This document shows positions 37,906 through 48,234 of a stretch of DNA of 64,000 nucleotides, in pieces; positions within the stretch are counted from its first letter, which is position 1, and each line of letters starts with the position of its first letter. This DNA comes from a virus. The notes beneath the pieces are model-generated. The model did no database searches. It worked only from the letters and a program-made list of their open reading frames with translations, and was not told where the DNA came from. The position numbers and the translations under genes are program-made. The DNA is taken from IMG/VR virus record IMGVR_UViG_3300023179_000056, positions 27,886-91,885 of that record. One strand, written 5' to 3'.

Positions 37906-38221
37906 ACTTCAGTGTATAAAAGGTTTGGTCAGATTCTTTCATGCGAGCTACGATTGCAAACTCAAATCCATGCCATAAGTGATCTACTTGCCGTATCCAC
38001 CATGTTTCTACAGCATGTTCTATTACAAATTGTCCAGCTTCGGAGTTTTGCCAATCAGATATGGGTTCAGCAGCAATTTGCACAGGATTGTCAGTATCGG
38101 CTATGCGGAATCGATGAACCACCATGTCAGAAAATTTAACAACATTGCCGTCGATAATTTTATATTCAGGTGGTCTACCATGCTTACTATGTTCTCTCTC
38201 CAAGTTACGCAAAATGGCCAT
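37895..38221 (-). CDS. Hypothetical protein
   Basis: 108-aa ORF in the operon. Confidence 0.6.
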   Translation of the reverse strand: MAILRNLEREHSKHGRPPEYKIIDGNVVKFSDMVVHRFRIADTDNPVQIAAEPISDWQNSEAGQFVIEHAVETWWIRQVDHLWHGFEFAIVARMKESDQTFYTLKYVR

Positions 38222-38244
38222 GTGCTAGTATAGCACAGCAATTT

Positions 38245-38913
38245 CTACTTTGCAACTAGATCGGCAGCCATTGGGAAAATTTTGGCAATAACTTGAGCAC
38301 AAGCTAACGCTACTTCTTGATGTTCTCGCTGTGTACCGTTTGCACTGCGCAGTTCAATAAAGTGGCACCATGAGCGTAGTGTGCCATTCATGTATAGTCT
38401 GCTGACTGTGTTGCCTTCAGGCAAGATAGCTCGGGCTTGTTCTTTAGCAATGCCGTTTTCAATTGCCCAGGCATAATGCTTTCGTACAAGTGCAATAACT
38501 TCTTGCTGACGAACATTCCATTCATTGGACAAGCCAAGATCATCAGTGTCAATGCTGTTTTGTCTGTTCTTTGTGTCTTGCAGTCTGGCAGCACGTGGCA
38601 CAAAGTCTAGATCTTTGGTTGGATCAGCATAACGTTGGCTGAACTCCTGAAAGCTAAAGCTACGGTGACGTAGGATTTGTCTTGCAATATCACGAGTGGT
38701 AGTGATTTCAATACAAGCCGATACCATTTCAAGTGGTGACCAGTGTTGGTGTTTGACCAGATACTTGATGAGTTTTTCACTGGTATCTGTGTTTAGTTGA
38801 TTTGAAGGATTGCTTACGCGGGCGCAATATGCCACAAGTTCCTGAGCGTCATCAATGCCCTGACTTGCAAATTCTTCTGTTGGTTGGCTGTGGCTGAGTA
38901 ATCTAACGTTCAT
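38245..38913 (-). CDS. thyX: FAD-dependent thymidylate synthase
   Basis: HWSPLE and QILRHRSFSFQEFSQRY (RHRx7S) signatures; ends in TAG. Confidence 0.95.
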   Translation of the reverse strand: MNVRLLSHSQPTEEFASQGIDDAQELVAYCARVSNPSNQLNTDTSEKLIKYLVKHQHWSPLEMVSACIEITTTRDIARQILRHRSFSFQEFSQRYADPTKDLDFVPRAARLQDTKNRQNSIDTDDLGLSNEWNVRQQEVIALVRKHYAWAIENGIAKEQARAILPEGNTVSRLYMNGTLRSWCHFIELRSANGTQREHQEVALACAQVIAKIFPMAADLVAK

Positions 38914-39212
38914 AATTTTTTTAGTAATTTATCAGTTGCTGGTTGTACAATGCCAGCCACAGTATTAACATCTACCACAAAGTCAATGGTTCGAACTGTA
39001 TCTCCCAGCATTGAAAGATTTCTATTTAGGATTTCTTCAACTTCATCATCGTCAAGACCGTCGCGACGTAATCTAGCAAGATTGATAGTCTTTTGTTTAC
39101 CACCATCAATCTTGATGACCATTTTATTAATGCATTCTAACGGAACTTCAGTCTTGTCGACTTCAGAAATTATATAATCCCATTTGGCTAAGAATTCATC
39201 ACTCAGTGGCAT
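38910..39212 (-). CDS. Hypothetical protein
   Basis: 100-aa ORF overlapping thyX start. Confidence 0.65.
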   Translation of the reverse strand: MPLSDEFLAKWDYIISEVDKTEVPLECINKMVIKIDGGKQKTINLARLRRDGLDDDEVEEILNRNLSMLGDTVRTIDFVVDVNTVAGIVQPATDKLLKKL

Positions 39213-39963
39213 GAGCAGCAGCCTTGGCCTTTGCAGGGCGGCCTTTTTTCACTGCGGCAACTTTTGGTGATTCGGTTTCAGCTTCAACTTGTGGAATTGG
39301 AACCATCTTGGGCAAGTCCATCATCTTTACACCCGGGAACATTCTTTCAGCTTCCTTCTTCATTCTGGCTGCTTCGTTGATCATACCAGTTGCTTCGTTG
39401 TGCATACGTACAGCTTGAGTAAGCATGTTAGCAGCAATGGTCTTGTCATCCAATGCACCATCTGTGGGTGCAGCAGTGTAACCAGCTTCTACCGGTGTAG
39501 AGCGTGATTGTTGACCAGCTTTGTACGCAGCTTCAGCAGCACGTTTAATTTTTGGATCAACAAGGCCACGGCTGTTGTCAATCTCTGCCAGTTTGCGCAC
39601 AGCATCTTCGCCCTTTTTCATCTCATTGAGAATCTTGTTAAGCTCACTGAGTCGAACATTGGAGCTCATGTTAGGGGTCATCAAAATCTGTTCAGTTTGC
39701 ACACGTTTCATTAGTCGTTCGGCATGCAAGGTGTGCAGCATATTACGACCATCGGGCAAGATACTTCGATTCAATGCATCTGCAAATTCTTCAGCAGCTT
39801 GCCCAACTGGACTTTCTAACACCTTCATCAATGGGTCGTGAATACTGATGGCCAACAGGTCTGGATAAATGCAAAGACACATATGATCATCGCCGGGGAT
39901 CTGTCTAAAGATTACTGCAACTTTACGGTCGCCGTGTTTACCGATGTGTTTTAAAAATGCCAT
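39199..39963 (-). CDS. Conserved phage hypothetical protein
   Basis: 254 aa, AAGGAG RBS, C-terminal KKGRP motif. Confidence 0.7.
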   Translation of the reverse strand: MAFLKHIGKHGDRKVAVIFRQIPGDDHMCLCIYPDLLAISIHDPLMKVLESPVGQAAEEFADALNRSILPDGRNMLHTLHAERLMKRVQTEQILMTPNMSSNVRLSELNKILNEMKKGEDAVRKLAEIDNSRGLVDPKIKRAAEAAYKAGQQSRSTPVEAGYTAAPTDGALDDKTIAANMLTQAVRMHNEATGMINEAARMKKEAERMFPGVKMMDLPKMVPIPQVEAETESPKVAAVKKGRPAKAKAAAHATE

Positions 39964-39973
39964 AAAATGCTCC

Positions 39974-40204
39974 TTAAAGGGTTGTAGATTCAGATGAATC
40001 TGGCACTCCAGCCTGGGGCTGAATTCCTGCTGCGGCTTCTGCTTGTGCTACTGCATTCTTGATGAACAGATCAATCTTTTCATACAAGGTTCCAACTTGT
40101 TTTGCTTCAGCAGCACCAAATGCACCACGTTTGACAGCAGTATTGATTACATCGCGAATTAGCGCAATGTCGTTAATTGTGAGTTGAGTGTTGATGTTTT
40201 CCAT
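39974..40204 (-). CDS. Small conserved phage protein
   Basis: MENINTQLTINDI...RGAF.A.E...VG.LY; TAAATA directly upstream. Confidence 0.65.
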   Translation of the reverse strand: MENINTQLTINDIALIRDVINTAVKRGAFGAAEAKQVGTLYEKIDLFIKNAVAQAEAAAGIQPQAGVPDSSESTTL

Positions 40205-40271
40205 ATAGATATTTACATAAAAAAACCCCCTGATGTAATTTTTCAGGGGGTTTTGGTAAAACAATTTGATT

Positions 40272-41570
40272 TTACTTTTTGTGTTCCTCATAATAAGCAT
40301 GAACACCCCAGGGCGGAACAATGCTTGTAGTACCGTGCAAGATCCAAGTTACTTCACAGTAGTTTTCATCACCCCAGCTGCCGCAAGGATAACCATCTGT
40401 AAACACTACCAAGCGACGCGGCACAATGTCGTTGGCTTTGAAGTATTCGTAAAAACAATCAAAGTCTGTGCCACCACCACCTGTTACTTCGTAGTCACAG
40501 ATACCGTCCAAGTTGTCTGAATCGTACTGTTGTGGATTGTACGCTTGTGTATCAAAGGTCACCACGTGGATTTTGTAAGCAGGAAACGAATCCATAATGC
40601 CTTGAATCTCGCCCAGAAAGTCGCGCAGCATATTTTGACTAATACTGCCTGATGCATCAATTGCAATAGCAATATCAATCATCTCGTCGGGCTTCATACC
40701 GGGCATTACTGCATCCATATGCCAGCCTCGACGGCTTGCTCGCATCCAGGTGTAGTCGCTTTTGATGGTACTTTCTAGGTTCATACGCAGCAGTTCACGC
40801 CAGTTCATCTGCGGCTCAGTCATATCTGCAATAAGACGTTTTACACCAGCAGGAATATTACCAGCACCGTCAGCTGTGGCAGCAGCAGCCATCATGGCTT
40901 CTTTGATCTCGTCCTTGATAGCCCGGCGATCAGCTTCACTCAGTTTGGGACGCCCTTTGCCTTTTTTGTCATTAGTACCGGCGTCGCCATCACCATCACC
41001 ATCACCTTCGCCATCACCTTCACCATCCAAGTGATCATCCAGCAATTGGCCAATGAGATCTGACAAGCTAACACGTTTGACATTTTTCATGAGATCGTCG
41101 TACACTTTCTCAGAACTCCAGCCGTTGTACTTGTGATCGTACAAACAAGGCACTGACGTAATAAACTCACCAACGCCATGTTCTTTCAAGTCTGCGTTAA
41201 CGCAGAAGTCATTGGCCACATTCCAAATCTGTGGATCACGTTCATTGCGACGTCCGAAGTGATCATAAACACAATGCAGCACTTCGTGACCAAACAAGAA
41301 CTCAATCTCTTTAGGCCGTAGCAGCTCGATGAATCGAGTGTTGTAATAAAAGTGACGACCGTCTGTGGCAGCAGTACCGCACCATTCATCTGCGTTAACC
41401 AACTTCAAACGAGTTGCCAAGTTACCAAAGAAGCTGGCTTTCAACAGCAAGCCCACACGGGCTGTGATCAGCTTTTCACGTACCTTGCTGTCTAGCTTTT
41501 CATTTTTGGGGCCAATGAGATTTTTAAATTTATCTTCTTTTTTGTTTGCTGTGGTGGTGGCAGTTGTCAT
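40272..41570 (-). CDS. DUF2201-like metallopeptidase + VWA domain protein
   Basis: TAATDG...HEVLH (HExxH); DASGS MIDAS; GGGGTDF; FTDGY. Confidence 0.88.
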   Translation of the reverse strand: MTTATTTANKKEDKFKNLIGPKNEKLDSKVREKLITARVGLLLKASFFGNLATRLKLVNADEWCGTAATDGRHFYYNTRFIELLRPKEIEFLFGHEVLHCVYDHFGRRNERDPQIWNVANDFCVNADLKEHGVGEFITSVPCLYDHKYNGWSSEKVYDDLMKNVKRVSLSDLIGQLLDDHLDGEGDGEGDGDGDGDAGTNDKKGKGRPKLSEADRRAIKDEIKEAMMAAAATADGAGNIPAGVKRLIADMTEPQMNWRELLRMNLESTIKSDYTWMRASRRGWHMDAVMPGMKPDEMIDIAIAIDASGSISQNMLRDFLGEIQGIMDSFPAYKIHVVTFDTQAYNPQQYDSDNLDGICDYEVTGGGGTDFDCFYEYFKANDIVPRRLVVFTDGYPCGSWGDENYCEVTWILHGTTSIVPPWGVHAYYEEHKK

Positions 41571-41771
41571 AGATTGTTCCTTGTTGATGTGTTTGTATTA
41601 TACAAGGTCTTGCAATATCGGTCAACCGTGTTAGTTAACTATTATACCATCCGCAAGTGAATCGACGCCAGGGTTTCCAGGCCCAATACCGACCACGCAA
41701 GTGACAGACGCGAACCCACGCCCGCCCAATCTGTAGTTCGTAAGCAGTAAACCCTTTGAATAATGAAAAGA

Positions 41772-42834
41772 TCATTTTTTACCCTTTTGTTGAGTGATGT
41801 GTGTATTAGCCAGTGCTGCCTTCGGGGCGTCAACTGTCTCTTCGTAGAACTCGTCTTTCAAATGCGCCAAATGATCCAGCGCCTGCTGCGCGGCTTGTCT
41901 CAAGTCAGTCATACCAAACTCCAAATAATCCCAGCTACCGCCACAACCAGCAGCGCCAGAATAATCAGCACAGTGCGCGTCAGGTCGCGCCGCCATTTGT
42001 CCCGACCTTTAGCCAGTTCGTGAATGTGAGGCATCATTTTTGGCTCCTTTCGCGAATGGCGTTGCGGACAACGGCATACACACTCCAGCCGCACGAGACC
42101 ACAAACGCCAACGCACACCCGGGCAACACCCATTCAAAACCGGGCTTGCGGTTGAAAACGACCTCCACTATCAACTGAGCCAAGAACACGATTCCGGTAA
42201 TCTTCATGGCAGTACGCGGCCAAAAGTAGTCGATGCGCTTCATATCTGCCCCCTTGCGCGGAGGGCGGCGGCGCACCACGTTGCTAGCACATCCTCGCCA
42301 TCATATTTAGTGTCTATGTCCTCACATACCTTCGCGCACGCCTCCCGCTCGGCTGCTGCTCCTGCGGCGTATGCGGCTCGGAAGAAGCGTTCAAGTGTGT
42401 CTGTGTGCAAAGGCCACCAAGTTGTGCCACCGCCGGCCTCTTGCGCCATGCGGATGATTTCTTCTCGGTTCATTTATTCCCCTTTGCTCGTAAGGCATCA
42501 ATCATTTCACTTCCTCCCTTGTTACTTTCATGCACTTGTCTTTGACCCACTCCGTCTTGACAGACTGGCAGGCAACTTCCTGACCGACCTTTTGTCCATA
42601 GACAAAACCAAATAGCGCGAAGCACGTCAACAGCACGACAACGGCAGTTATTTCCTTGGATGCGTTAATCATTTGTCACTCCTTGTTTAGTCAGTAGATC
42701 ACCAGTTCGCCGGATTTCTCGTCCAACTCTATTGAATCAATGGAATCGCTGCAATCCCAATCACGGTTCCACACAGTTACTTCTTTGTCCTGATCTTGCT
42801 TCAACAGGAACTCTACCAATTCTCTTACTTTCAT
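41772..42834 (-). other. Run of tiny early genes, partly GC-rich
   Basis: Overlapping short ORFs, e.g. 42240-42473 MNREEIIRMAQEAG, 42034-42243 and 42691-42834 MKVRELVEFL. Confidence 0.55.
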
Positions 42835-42846
42835 GATTTACTCCCT

Positions 42847-43023
42847 TTATGCAGCAGAACCTTGTTGCGCAATACCACGAGGGCCCCACTCTTCACCGTA
42901 TTGGTCGATAGCTCGTGCTACCATGTCTACAGAGACACCTAGATCACGTGCAATCCAGAGCACTGAGTCGCCGGCTTGGTAGGCGTCTTTGATTGAGAAG
43001 AGGAGGGATTTTGTTTGACTCAT
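42847..43023 (-). CDS. Small hypothetical protein (possible HTH)
   Basis: MSQTK...IARDLGVSVDMV; CAGGA RBS. Confidence 0.55.
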   Translation of the reverse strand: MSQTKSLLFSIKDAYQAGDSVLWIARDLGVSVDMVARAIDQYGEEWGPRGIAQQGSAA

Positions 43024-43082
43024 GGTTGTTTCCTGTTTTGATAGATCAATTATAACAAATCGTCTAATTTCTGTACACCGTT

Positions 43083-43430
43083 TTATGCAAAGTAGCGGTA
43101 AGGCAGGCCAACCAGATAGCACAGGTACTCGTCATCACCGTCGGAACCTTCAGCTTCGTGGATCCAACGCAGTGCCATCTCACGATCCTTGGCGCCGCAG
43201 CCGATCACAGCCTGCACCCGCTTCTCGAAGGCAATCACAGCCTTCTCTTCAGCTGCCTCACGCAGGCTCACGTTGTCGGTGATCACGTGATGCAGAACCT
43301 CAAACGCATGGTTGAATTCCTCCTCAGTCCAGCTGGAGGTGTCGATGCCACGTGGGCGAATGCCGTAAGCATCCTTGTACATGTCCCAGTAGATCGACTG
43401 GAGTTCTTCTTGGCGAGTCATGTAATCCAT
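43083..43430 (-). CDS. Conserved phage hypothetical protein
   Basis: YWDMYKDAYGIRPR...GAKDREMALRWI; sigma70 promoter upstream. Confidence 0.75.
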   Translation of the reverse strand: MDYMTRQEELQSIYWDMYKDAYGIRPRGIDTSSWTEEEFNHAFEVLHHVITDNVSLREAAEEKAVIAFEKRVQAVIGCGAKDREMALRWIHEAEGSDGDDEYLCYLVGLPYRYFA

Positions 43431-43516
43431 AGTGATTCCTTTTTGCTGTTTATGTGTATATTATATCCGATCTTGCAATTACGGTCAACCGAAAAAATGT
43501 GAGTTTTTTACAACAT

Positions 43517-43777
43517 TTACAGGTATTTTAGCTGAAACCAAGTTAATGCAGCTTCGTTAAAAAAGTCCAAATGCACTTTCTTTATGTATCGCCTTCTTGC
43601 CTGGCTCCATTCCTCATGGTGCCGCACAGTGAATCCCAACTCGCGTTTCAACACCCAACTCAGTGCAATGCTAGGACTGTTGTGGGCTATTATCTTGTTC
43701 CAAACTTCATCCCAATCCGCAGTTGAGCAAAAAATAATGAGATTCTTTTTTACAATTACTTTAGGTTTCTCGAACAT
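43517..43777 (-). CDS. Hypothetical protein
   Basis: 86-aa ORF. Confidence 0.6.
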   Translation of the reverse strand: MFEKPKVIVKKNLIIFCSTADWDEVWNKIIAHNSPSIALSWVLKRELGFTVRHHEEWSQARRRYIKKVHLDFFNEAALTWFQLKYL

Positions 43778-44084
43778 GAGCCAACTGGAACCACGCTACT
43801 TCTTTGTCAGACGCTACATAGATACGATAATCACGATACTCAGTTTGATATGCCCAATGTGGATTAGATTCAAGCGGAGCATTAATTGCTCTACATTGCC
43901 GGTTCATTGCTACCTGCAACTCAGCTTCTTGTGCATATCCGTATGTTTGATTGAACCAACGACGAGCTCGATCAAAGTCCAATGCACCAGTGCCGATGAT
44001 TGAATCAATGCTGAATCGAATCATGTATCGATATCTATCGCGATGATTGTGACGCCAATCTAGTTTGGTAATTTCGTATCGCAT
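43761..44084 (-). CDS. Hypothetical protein
   Basis: 107-aa ORF. Confidence 0.6.
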   Translation of the reverse strand: MRYEITKLDWRHNHRDRYRYMIRFSIDSIIGTGALDFDRARRWFNQTYGYAQEAELQVAMNRQCRAINAPLESNPHWAYQTEYRDYRIYVASDKEVAWFQLAHVRET

Positions 44085-44091
44085 GATAAAA

Positions 44092-44112
44092 TATGGGGAC
44101 CGTAGTCCCCAT
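44092..44112 (-). terminator. Hairpin terminator after the ATPase
   Basis: ATGGGGAC-CGTA-GTCCCCAT inverted repeat. Confidence 0.55.
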
Positions 44113-44119
44113 TCTTGTG

Positions 44120-45205
44120 TTAGCCCTGAGCTTGAAGCACGTACTTACCAAACTTGCTGTGGAACTCATCAAAGTTCTTGAGCTTGGTAGGCTTGAACGG
44201 CAAGTTGTAAGTGGTCAACGCAATACGTGACCCCATCACAGTCAACTCAGTTTCAAAGTTACGCATCATGTAGCCGAGGAAGTTGTCGGCCATTTCATGA
44301 AACTTCTTTTCGTCCATCTTGCTTTCAACAGCAGCCTTGAGCTCGTAGCACATGGAAATAACCAGGCTGTACATGGCACTGATTTCTTTCACGTTCAAGT
44401 CTTTGACTTTGCCGCTGAGAATGTCAACCGGGTTAGGCATACGACCTGATACTTTGCGGTGAGCCATAAACTTCACTGCCAAGCCTTCGCCAACAGTACC
44501 TGCTACCAAGTTGGTAAAGGTGTCGTCGTCGCCATCCGTATCATGCAGCAGCTCGCTCACAAAGGTCCAGCTACGCGGAGTAGCAAATGCACGGCTCGAG
44601 CTTTTGGCATCAAAATCGTACAGGTCTTGCTTGGCAAAGCTCAAGTAACCAACCACGTCCTTGTGGATGTTGTTGAGCACAGCCCATTCTTGCCAGCTAG
44701 CAAAGTCCACTTTCATTTCCTGGTGGATGAAACGATTTGCCAGCGGAGTGGGCATACGATACGTCACACCTTTGTCGCTTTCGCGATTGCCTGCTGCTAC
44801 CATCACAACATTGTCGGGCAGCTTATACTTGCCAATGCGACGGTTCAAAATCAGCTGATAAGCAGCGGCTTGCACACTGGCAGCGGCACTGTTGAGCTCG
44901 TCCAAGAACAGTACCACAATAGGATACTGGCTAGCAAGTTCTTCATCGGGCAGTTCCACAGGGGGCGCCCAATCCATCTTGCCGATTTCTTTGTTGTAAA
45001 ACGGAATACCGCGAATGTCGGTAGGTTCCATCTGACCCAGACGCAGATCGATCATGTGACCGTTAAGATCTCGGGTAATGCCTTCAACCAATTCGCTCTT
45101 GCCAATTCCGGGAGGGCCCCACAAGAACAAAGGACGCTTGACTTTGAATGCCTTGAGTAGGGATTTATGCGCTTGGCGAGCTGTAACTGTACGAGATTCT
45201 GACAT
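44120..45205 (-). CDS. MoxR-like AAA+ ATPase
   Basis: GPPGIGKS Walker A, LFLDE Walker B, AAGN, LANRF; typical partner of the VWA protein. Confidence 0.9.
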   Translation of the reverse strand: MSESRTVTARQAHKSLLKAFKVKRPLFLWGPPGIGKSELVEGITRDLNGHMIDLRLGQMEPTDIRGIPFYNKEIGKMDWAPPVELPDEELASQYPIVVLFLDELNSAAASVQAAAYQLILNRRIGKYKLPDNVVMVAAGNRESDKGVTYRMPTPLANRFIHQEMKVDFASWQEWAVLNNIHKDVVGYLSFAKQDLYDFDAKSSSRAFATPRSWTFVSELLHDTDGDDDTFTNLVAGTVGEGLAVKFMAHRKVSGRMPNPVDILSGKVKDLNVKEISAMYSLVISMCYELKAAVESKMDEKKFHEMADNFLGYMMRNFETELTVMGSRIALTTYNLPFKPTKLKNFDEFHSKFGKYVLQAQG

Positions 45206-45260
45206 GGTGAATACCTTTCTGTTGTTGATAAGTCTATTGTAAGCGATCTTGAATTTCAGG

Positions 45261-45692
45261 TCAAGCAGTTTGTTTAGTCAACTGTTCTTGCAACACATAC
45301 AAGGTGTTGGGCTTCATGCCTTCTACAGCATACATAGTACCACAGTACCATACATCATCTTTCATGATGTAAAAATACTCAGCACCGCAGTTGTCTACCA
45401 GTTCCAGGAACTGGGCAAAGCTATGGCTCACCTGGAAGTCCACATCGGTTTCGCCGCGGTCACGTTTATAAAAAGTGCAACCGTCTTCATAGTGATCATC
45501 GAAGTCGTGCTTCTCGCCAAGGTTCTTGTGCAGTATCGATAAGTCACCCAGTGCCACAAGATGATTGGCCTTGGCTGAGTCATAGTGTTCCTGCAGAATG
45601 GCACCAACGCCGCTGAGATATCCATCCCAATGTGCATAAACGCTCTTGCACTTGTCACCATGCATCACACCAATTCGACTACGTGTACCCAT
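45261..45692 (-). CDS. Conserved phage hypothetical protein
   Basis: MGTRSRIG...YAHWDGY; AGGAG RBS. Confidence 0.75.
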   Translation of the reverse strand: MGTRSRIGVMHGDKCKSVYAHWDGYLSGVGAILQEHYDSAKANHLVALGDLSILHKNLGEKHDFDDHYEDGCTFYKRDRGETDVDFQVSHSFAQFLELVDNCGAEYFYIMKDDVWYCGTMYAVEGMKPNTLYVLQEQLTKQTA

Positions 45693-45748
45693 TTTTACTC
45701 CTGTTTGTTGTTGATAAGTGTATATTATACTCGATATTGCAATACCAG

Positions 45749-45973
45749 TCAACCGATGATTACCACGCGGCGTGTACCCTCAAAGTCGCCCTCGTCTTCG
45801 TCCATCAGCCGGTCCATACCATGGTAGGCACTGCGCTTGACCACACCTTCAAACACTTGGTCCACAGAGGGAGCAACCTGCGTCCTCCAGTGATCACCGT
45901 AGCAGTAAGAAAAATGCACTTCGGCTTCGGGATTCATTGATTGCAGTTGCTCAATGAGTTCTTGAACTTTCAT
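45749..45973 (-). CDS. Hypothetical protein
   Basis: MKVQELIEQL; AGGAG RBS. Confidence 0.65.
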   Translation of the reverse strand: MKVQELIEQLQSMNPEAEVHFSYCYGDHWRTQVAPSVDQVFEGVVKRSAYHGMDRLMDEDEGDFEGTRRVVIIG

Positions 45974-46099
45974 AAACCACTCCTGTTTGTTGCTGCGTAT
46001 GTGAGTATTATAGCCGATCTCAAAATAGCAGTCAACCTGAATACCCACACAAAAGTGTGGGATTCTTACAACAAAAAAGTTGTTTAAATTACAGGGTTT

Positions 46100-46147
46100 T
46101 TGTCAGTGGATTTCTGACGGGGAGCATCCACTCGACTAGCAAGATCA
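46100..46147. repeat. 48-bp direct repeat, copy 1
   Basis: TTGTCAGTGGATTTCTGACGGGGAGCATCCACTCGACTAGCAAGATCA, identical to 49053-49100. Confidence 0.97.
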
Positions 46148-46150
46148 ATG

Positions 46151-47284
46151 TCAAGGAGGACCAAGATAATATTCACGACTTGGACAACTGGACAGCACAG
46201 TGAATTGAGAATCACTTGGGTCAGGATGCGTGTATTTTTCAAAAGGAGTGGCATGAACAAGAGCGGACACAGAATCTGAATAATTTTTAGCAGTTTGATA
46301 CCAATTCTTAGCAGCCTGATTTTGTTTATACTGACTCTGAAACCAAACATCTCTATCAGAACTGACTGTGCCAACCGGCTTGCGCACCTGCCAGATATCT
46401 CTATAATCCGGATATATCAAACTTTTGATTAAATTCTTATGTTGTTGATTTCTATTACCACGAGATTTTAATAAATTTTTATGATCCGGGTGTTTCTTGA
46501 AAAAATTCATTACAGTGTGTGCCTGTTTGATCAAAAGAGGTACACAATCAGGATCCCAGTAGAAAAATAAATCATGCCATGCTATTCCTGACATAGCACG
46601 TTCGTATACACCTTTATGTAAAACTTGGTCATCATAAAACACTAGATACCAACCATCATCACAAAGTTCTACTATGGGTTTGTCAATGCCAAAAATATAA
46701 GCAGTGCTGGGCAAATTGGGCAATTTAAATGGATTAATATCAAAGTAGCCATCAGATGGCACAAATGTTGGAAGTATTATATTATTGGATAAAATATCTC
46801 TAGGACCTTGTTTCCAATTATCAGTGATAACTTTTTCAATATCCCAAGTGGCCCATTTCATGCCGGGTACCAGTTGTTGGAACTGTTGAAAACCTCCCCA
46901 TGCCTGAAACTTTCCTTCGGCCCAGTAGTTTGTGGGAGAGAAATCTGATTTCTCTCCCACACAAGACTCAATCACTCTATGAATAATTAAATCTACTTTG
47001 AGTCCTTGCCTACAAAAAGAGTTAAGCACGTTCCAACTGTCGGATCCTCCTGAGAACTCCAAGGCCACAAAGGAATATTTTTCACGTATGCTGCGAGCAC
47101 GAACTTCATATAACTGCTGAAGACTTGCTGTGGGTTCTTGGGTCCAGTCATATTTGCCAAAAATGTCTTCGTTAAAATTCCAGTGCACCCAATGGTTGTG
47201 AGACACGGCGTCCATTACCGCCTTTAGTTTGTTTATGTATTTTTTTCCACGAACCTCGTAATGACCAAATCGATCAGCAAACAT
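46151..47284 (-). CDS. PP-loop (adenine nucleotide alpha-hydrolase-like) protein
   Basis: FSGGSDS PP-loop; GIDKP and FFYW motifs. Confidence 0.65.
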   Translation of the reverse strand: MFADRFGHYEVRGKKYINKLKAVMDAVSHNHWVHWNFNEDIFGKYDWTQEPTASLQQLYEVRARSIREKYSFVALEFSGGSDSWNVLNSFCRQGLKVDLIIHRVIESCVGEKSDFSPTNYWAEGKFQAWGGFQQFQQLVPGMKWATWDIEKVITDNWKQGPRDILSNNIILPTFVPSDGYFDINPFKLPNLPSTAYIFGIDKPIVELCDDGWYLVFYDDQVLHKGVYERAMSGIAWHDLFFYWDPDCVPLLIKQAHTVMNFFKKHPDHKNLLKSRGNRNQQHKNLIKSLIYPDYRDIWQVRKPVGTVSSDRDVWFQSQYKQNQAAKNWYQTAKNYSDSVSALVHATPFEKYTHPDPSDSQFTVLSSCPSREYYLGPP

Positions 47285-47285
47285 A

Positions 47286-48233
47286 TCAGTACAGATGTTG
47301 ATATTTTTTTATATTCTGATATTCAGTTTCCACAAACTTTTCACTCTGTGCCACAGTGAAATCCAATGCAGTGGCGTTTAGAGATTCAAATCTTTTGCGC
47401 TGCTCTGTACTGTGTGCAGCCAATCGATATGCTCGATTCCAAAATTCCACTAGGTGACTTGGGGTTCCGGCTCGCACAGAAATCATTTGGAAATTATTGA
47501 TCCGAGTCTGAGGCATGTATTTTGTGATTGGCACAGCGTCGGGCCATATTTCCAGTCGGGTCGCAGAACCCACCATCAACGGCGTGATTTTTTTGCCTTG
47601 GACCCAACTCAATCCTGATGCCGGGCTAGCCATGGTTACCTGGATATCACCTTGTACCATTCCAATCATTACATCAGGTATGCCTTTGTAAGTAACACGT
47701 TGAGGACGGAGTCCTTGCGAATCAAAAAAAGCTGATAGATACAAGCATGCCAATGGAAAACTGCAACCTGCATTAAACTTGGGATTGTTCCGAGCTTCAT
47801 TGATTAGGTTTTCTACAGTTTTGATATTGCCGTTGGCACTAACATAAAAAACTTGATGAGTCAATAAAAACACATTCACAAATTGAAATTCCTTGTTGTC
47901 TACTTTTGTAGGCAGGTTCAACGCCGAGTTTACTACAAACGTTTCGCTGGCTGACCCTAGTAATGTAAGACCATCAGCAGGTGAATTGAGTATACTTTGG
48001 GCAGCGATCTTGGTATCTGCCCCAGGTCGATTGATTACTACTATCTTGAGACCAGTGATTTTTTCCAGCTGCTGTGCCATGGCTCGATGATTGATATCAG
48101 TATCACCTCCAGGTGTTACTCCAAGAACCAAGTTAATTGTCTGTCCCTGAAGTTCGGCAGGAACTTCTAGTGTCTGACCCTGTACTATGCTTGCAATCAT
48201 ACAGATTGCGATCATTAAGATTTTCTTCATCAT
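47286..48233 (-). CDS. Bug/TctC tripartite tricarboxylate transporter substrate-binding protein
   Basis: Signal peptide; PGGDTD...VVINRPGA...PADGLTL; YKG...GDIQ; PDAVP motifs. Confidence 0.85.
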   Translation of the reverse strand: MMKKILMIAICMIASIVQGQTLEVPAELQGQTINLVLGVTPGGDTDINHRAMAQQLEKITGLKIVVINRPGADTKIAAQSILNSPADGLTLLGSASETFVVNSALNLPTKVDNKEFQFVNVFLLTHQVFYVSANGNIKTVENLINEARNNPKFNAGCSFPLACLYLSAFFDSQGLRPQRVTYKGIPDVMIGMVQGDIQVTMASPASGLSWVQGKKITPLMVGSATRLEIWPDAVPITKYMPQTRINNFQMISVRAGTPSHLVEFWNRAYRLAAHSTEQRKRFESLNATALDFTVAQSEKFVETEYQNIKKYQHLY

Positions 48234-48234
48234 T

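Larger units (their letters stand above)
41597..46035 (-). promoter_or_regulatory. Five near-identical sigma70-type early promoters (41597-41625, 43460-43488, 45236-45264, 45724-45752, 46007-46035)
   Basis: TTGAC(C/T)-17 bp-TA(T/C)AAT with related spacers, each preceding a small gene. Confidence 0.8.

Noticed and set aside
46084-46374. 96-aa ORF ending LASRVDAPRQKSTDKNPVI
   Set aside because: Out-of-frame overlap with the PP-loop gene; its tail is just the duplicated gene end.
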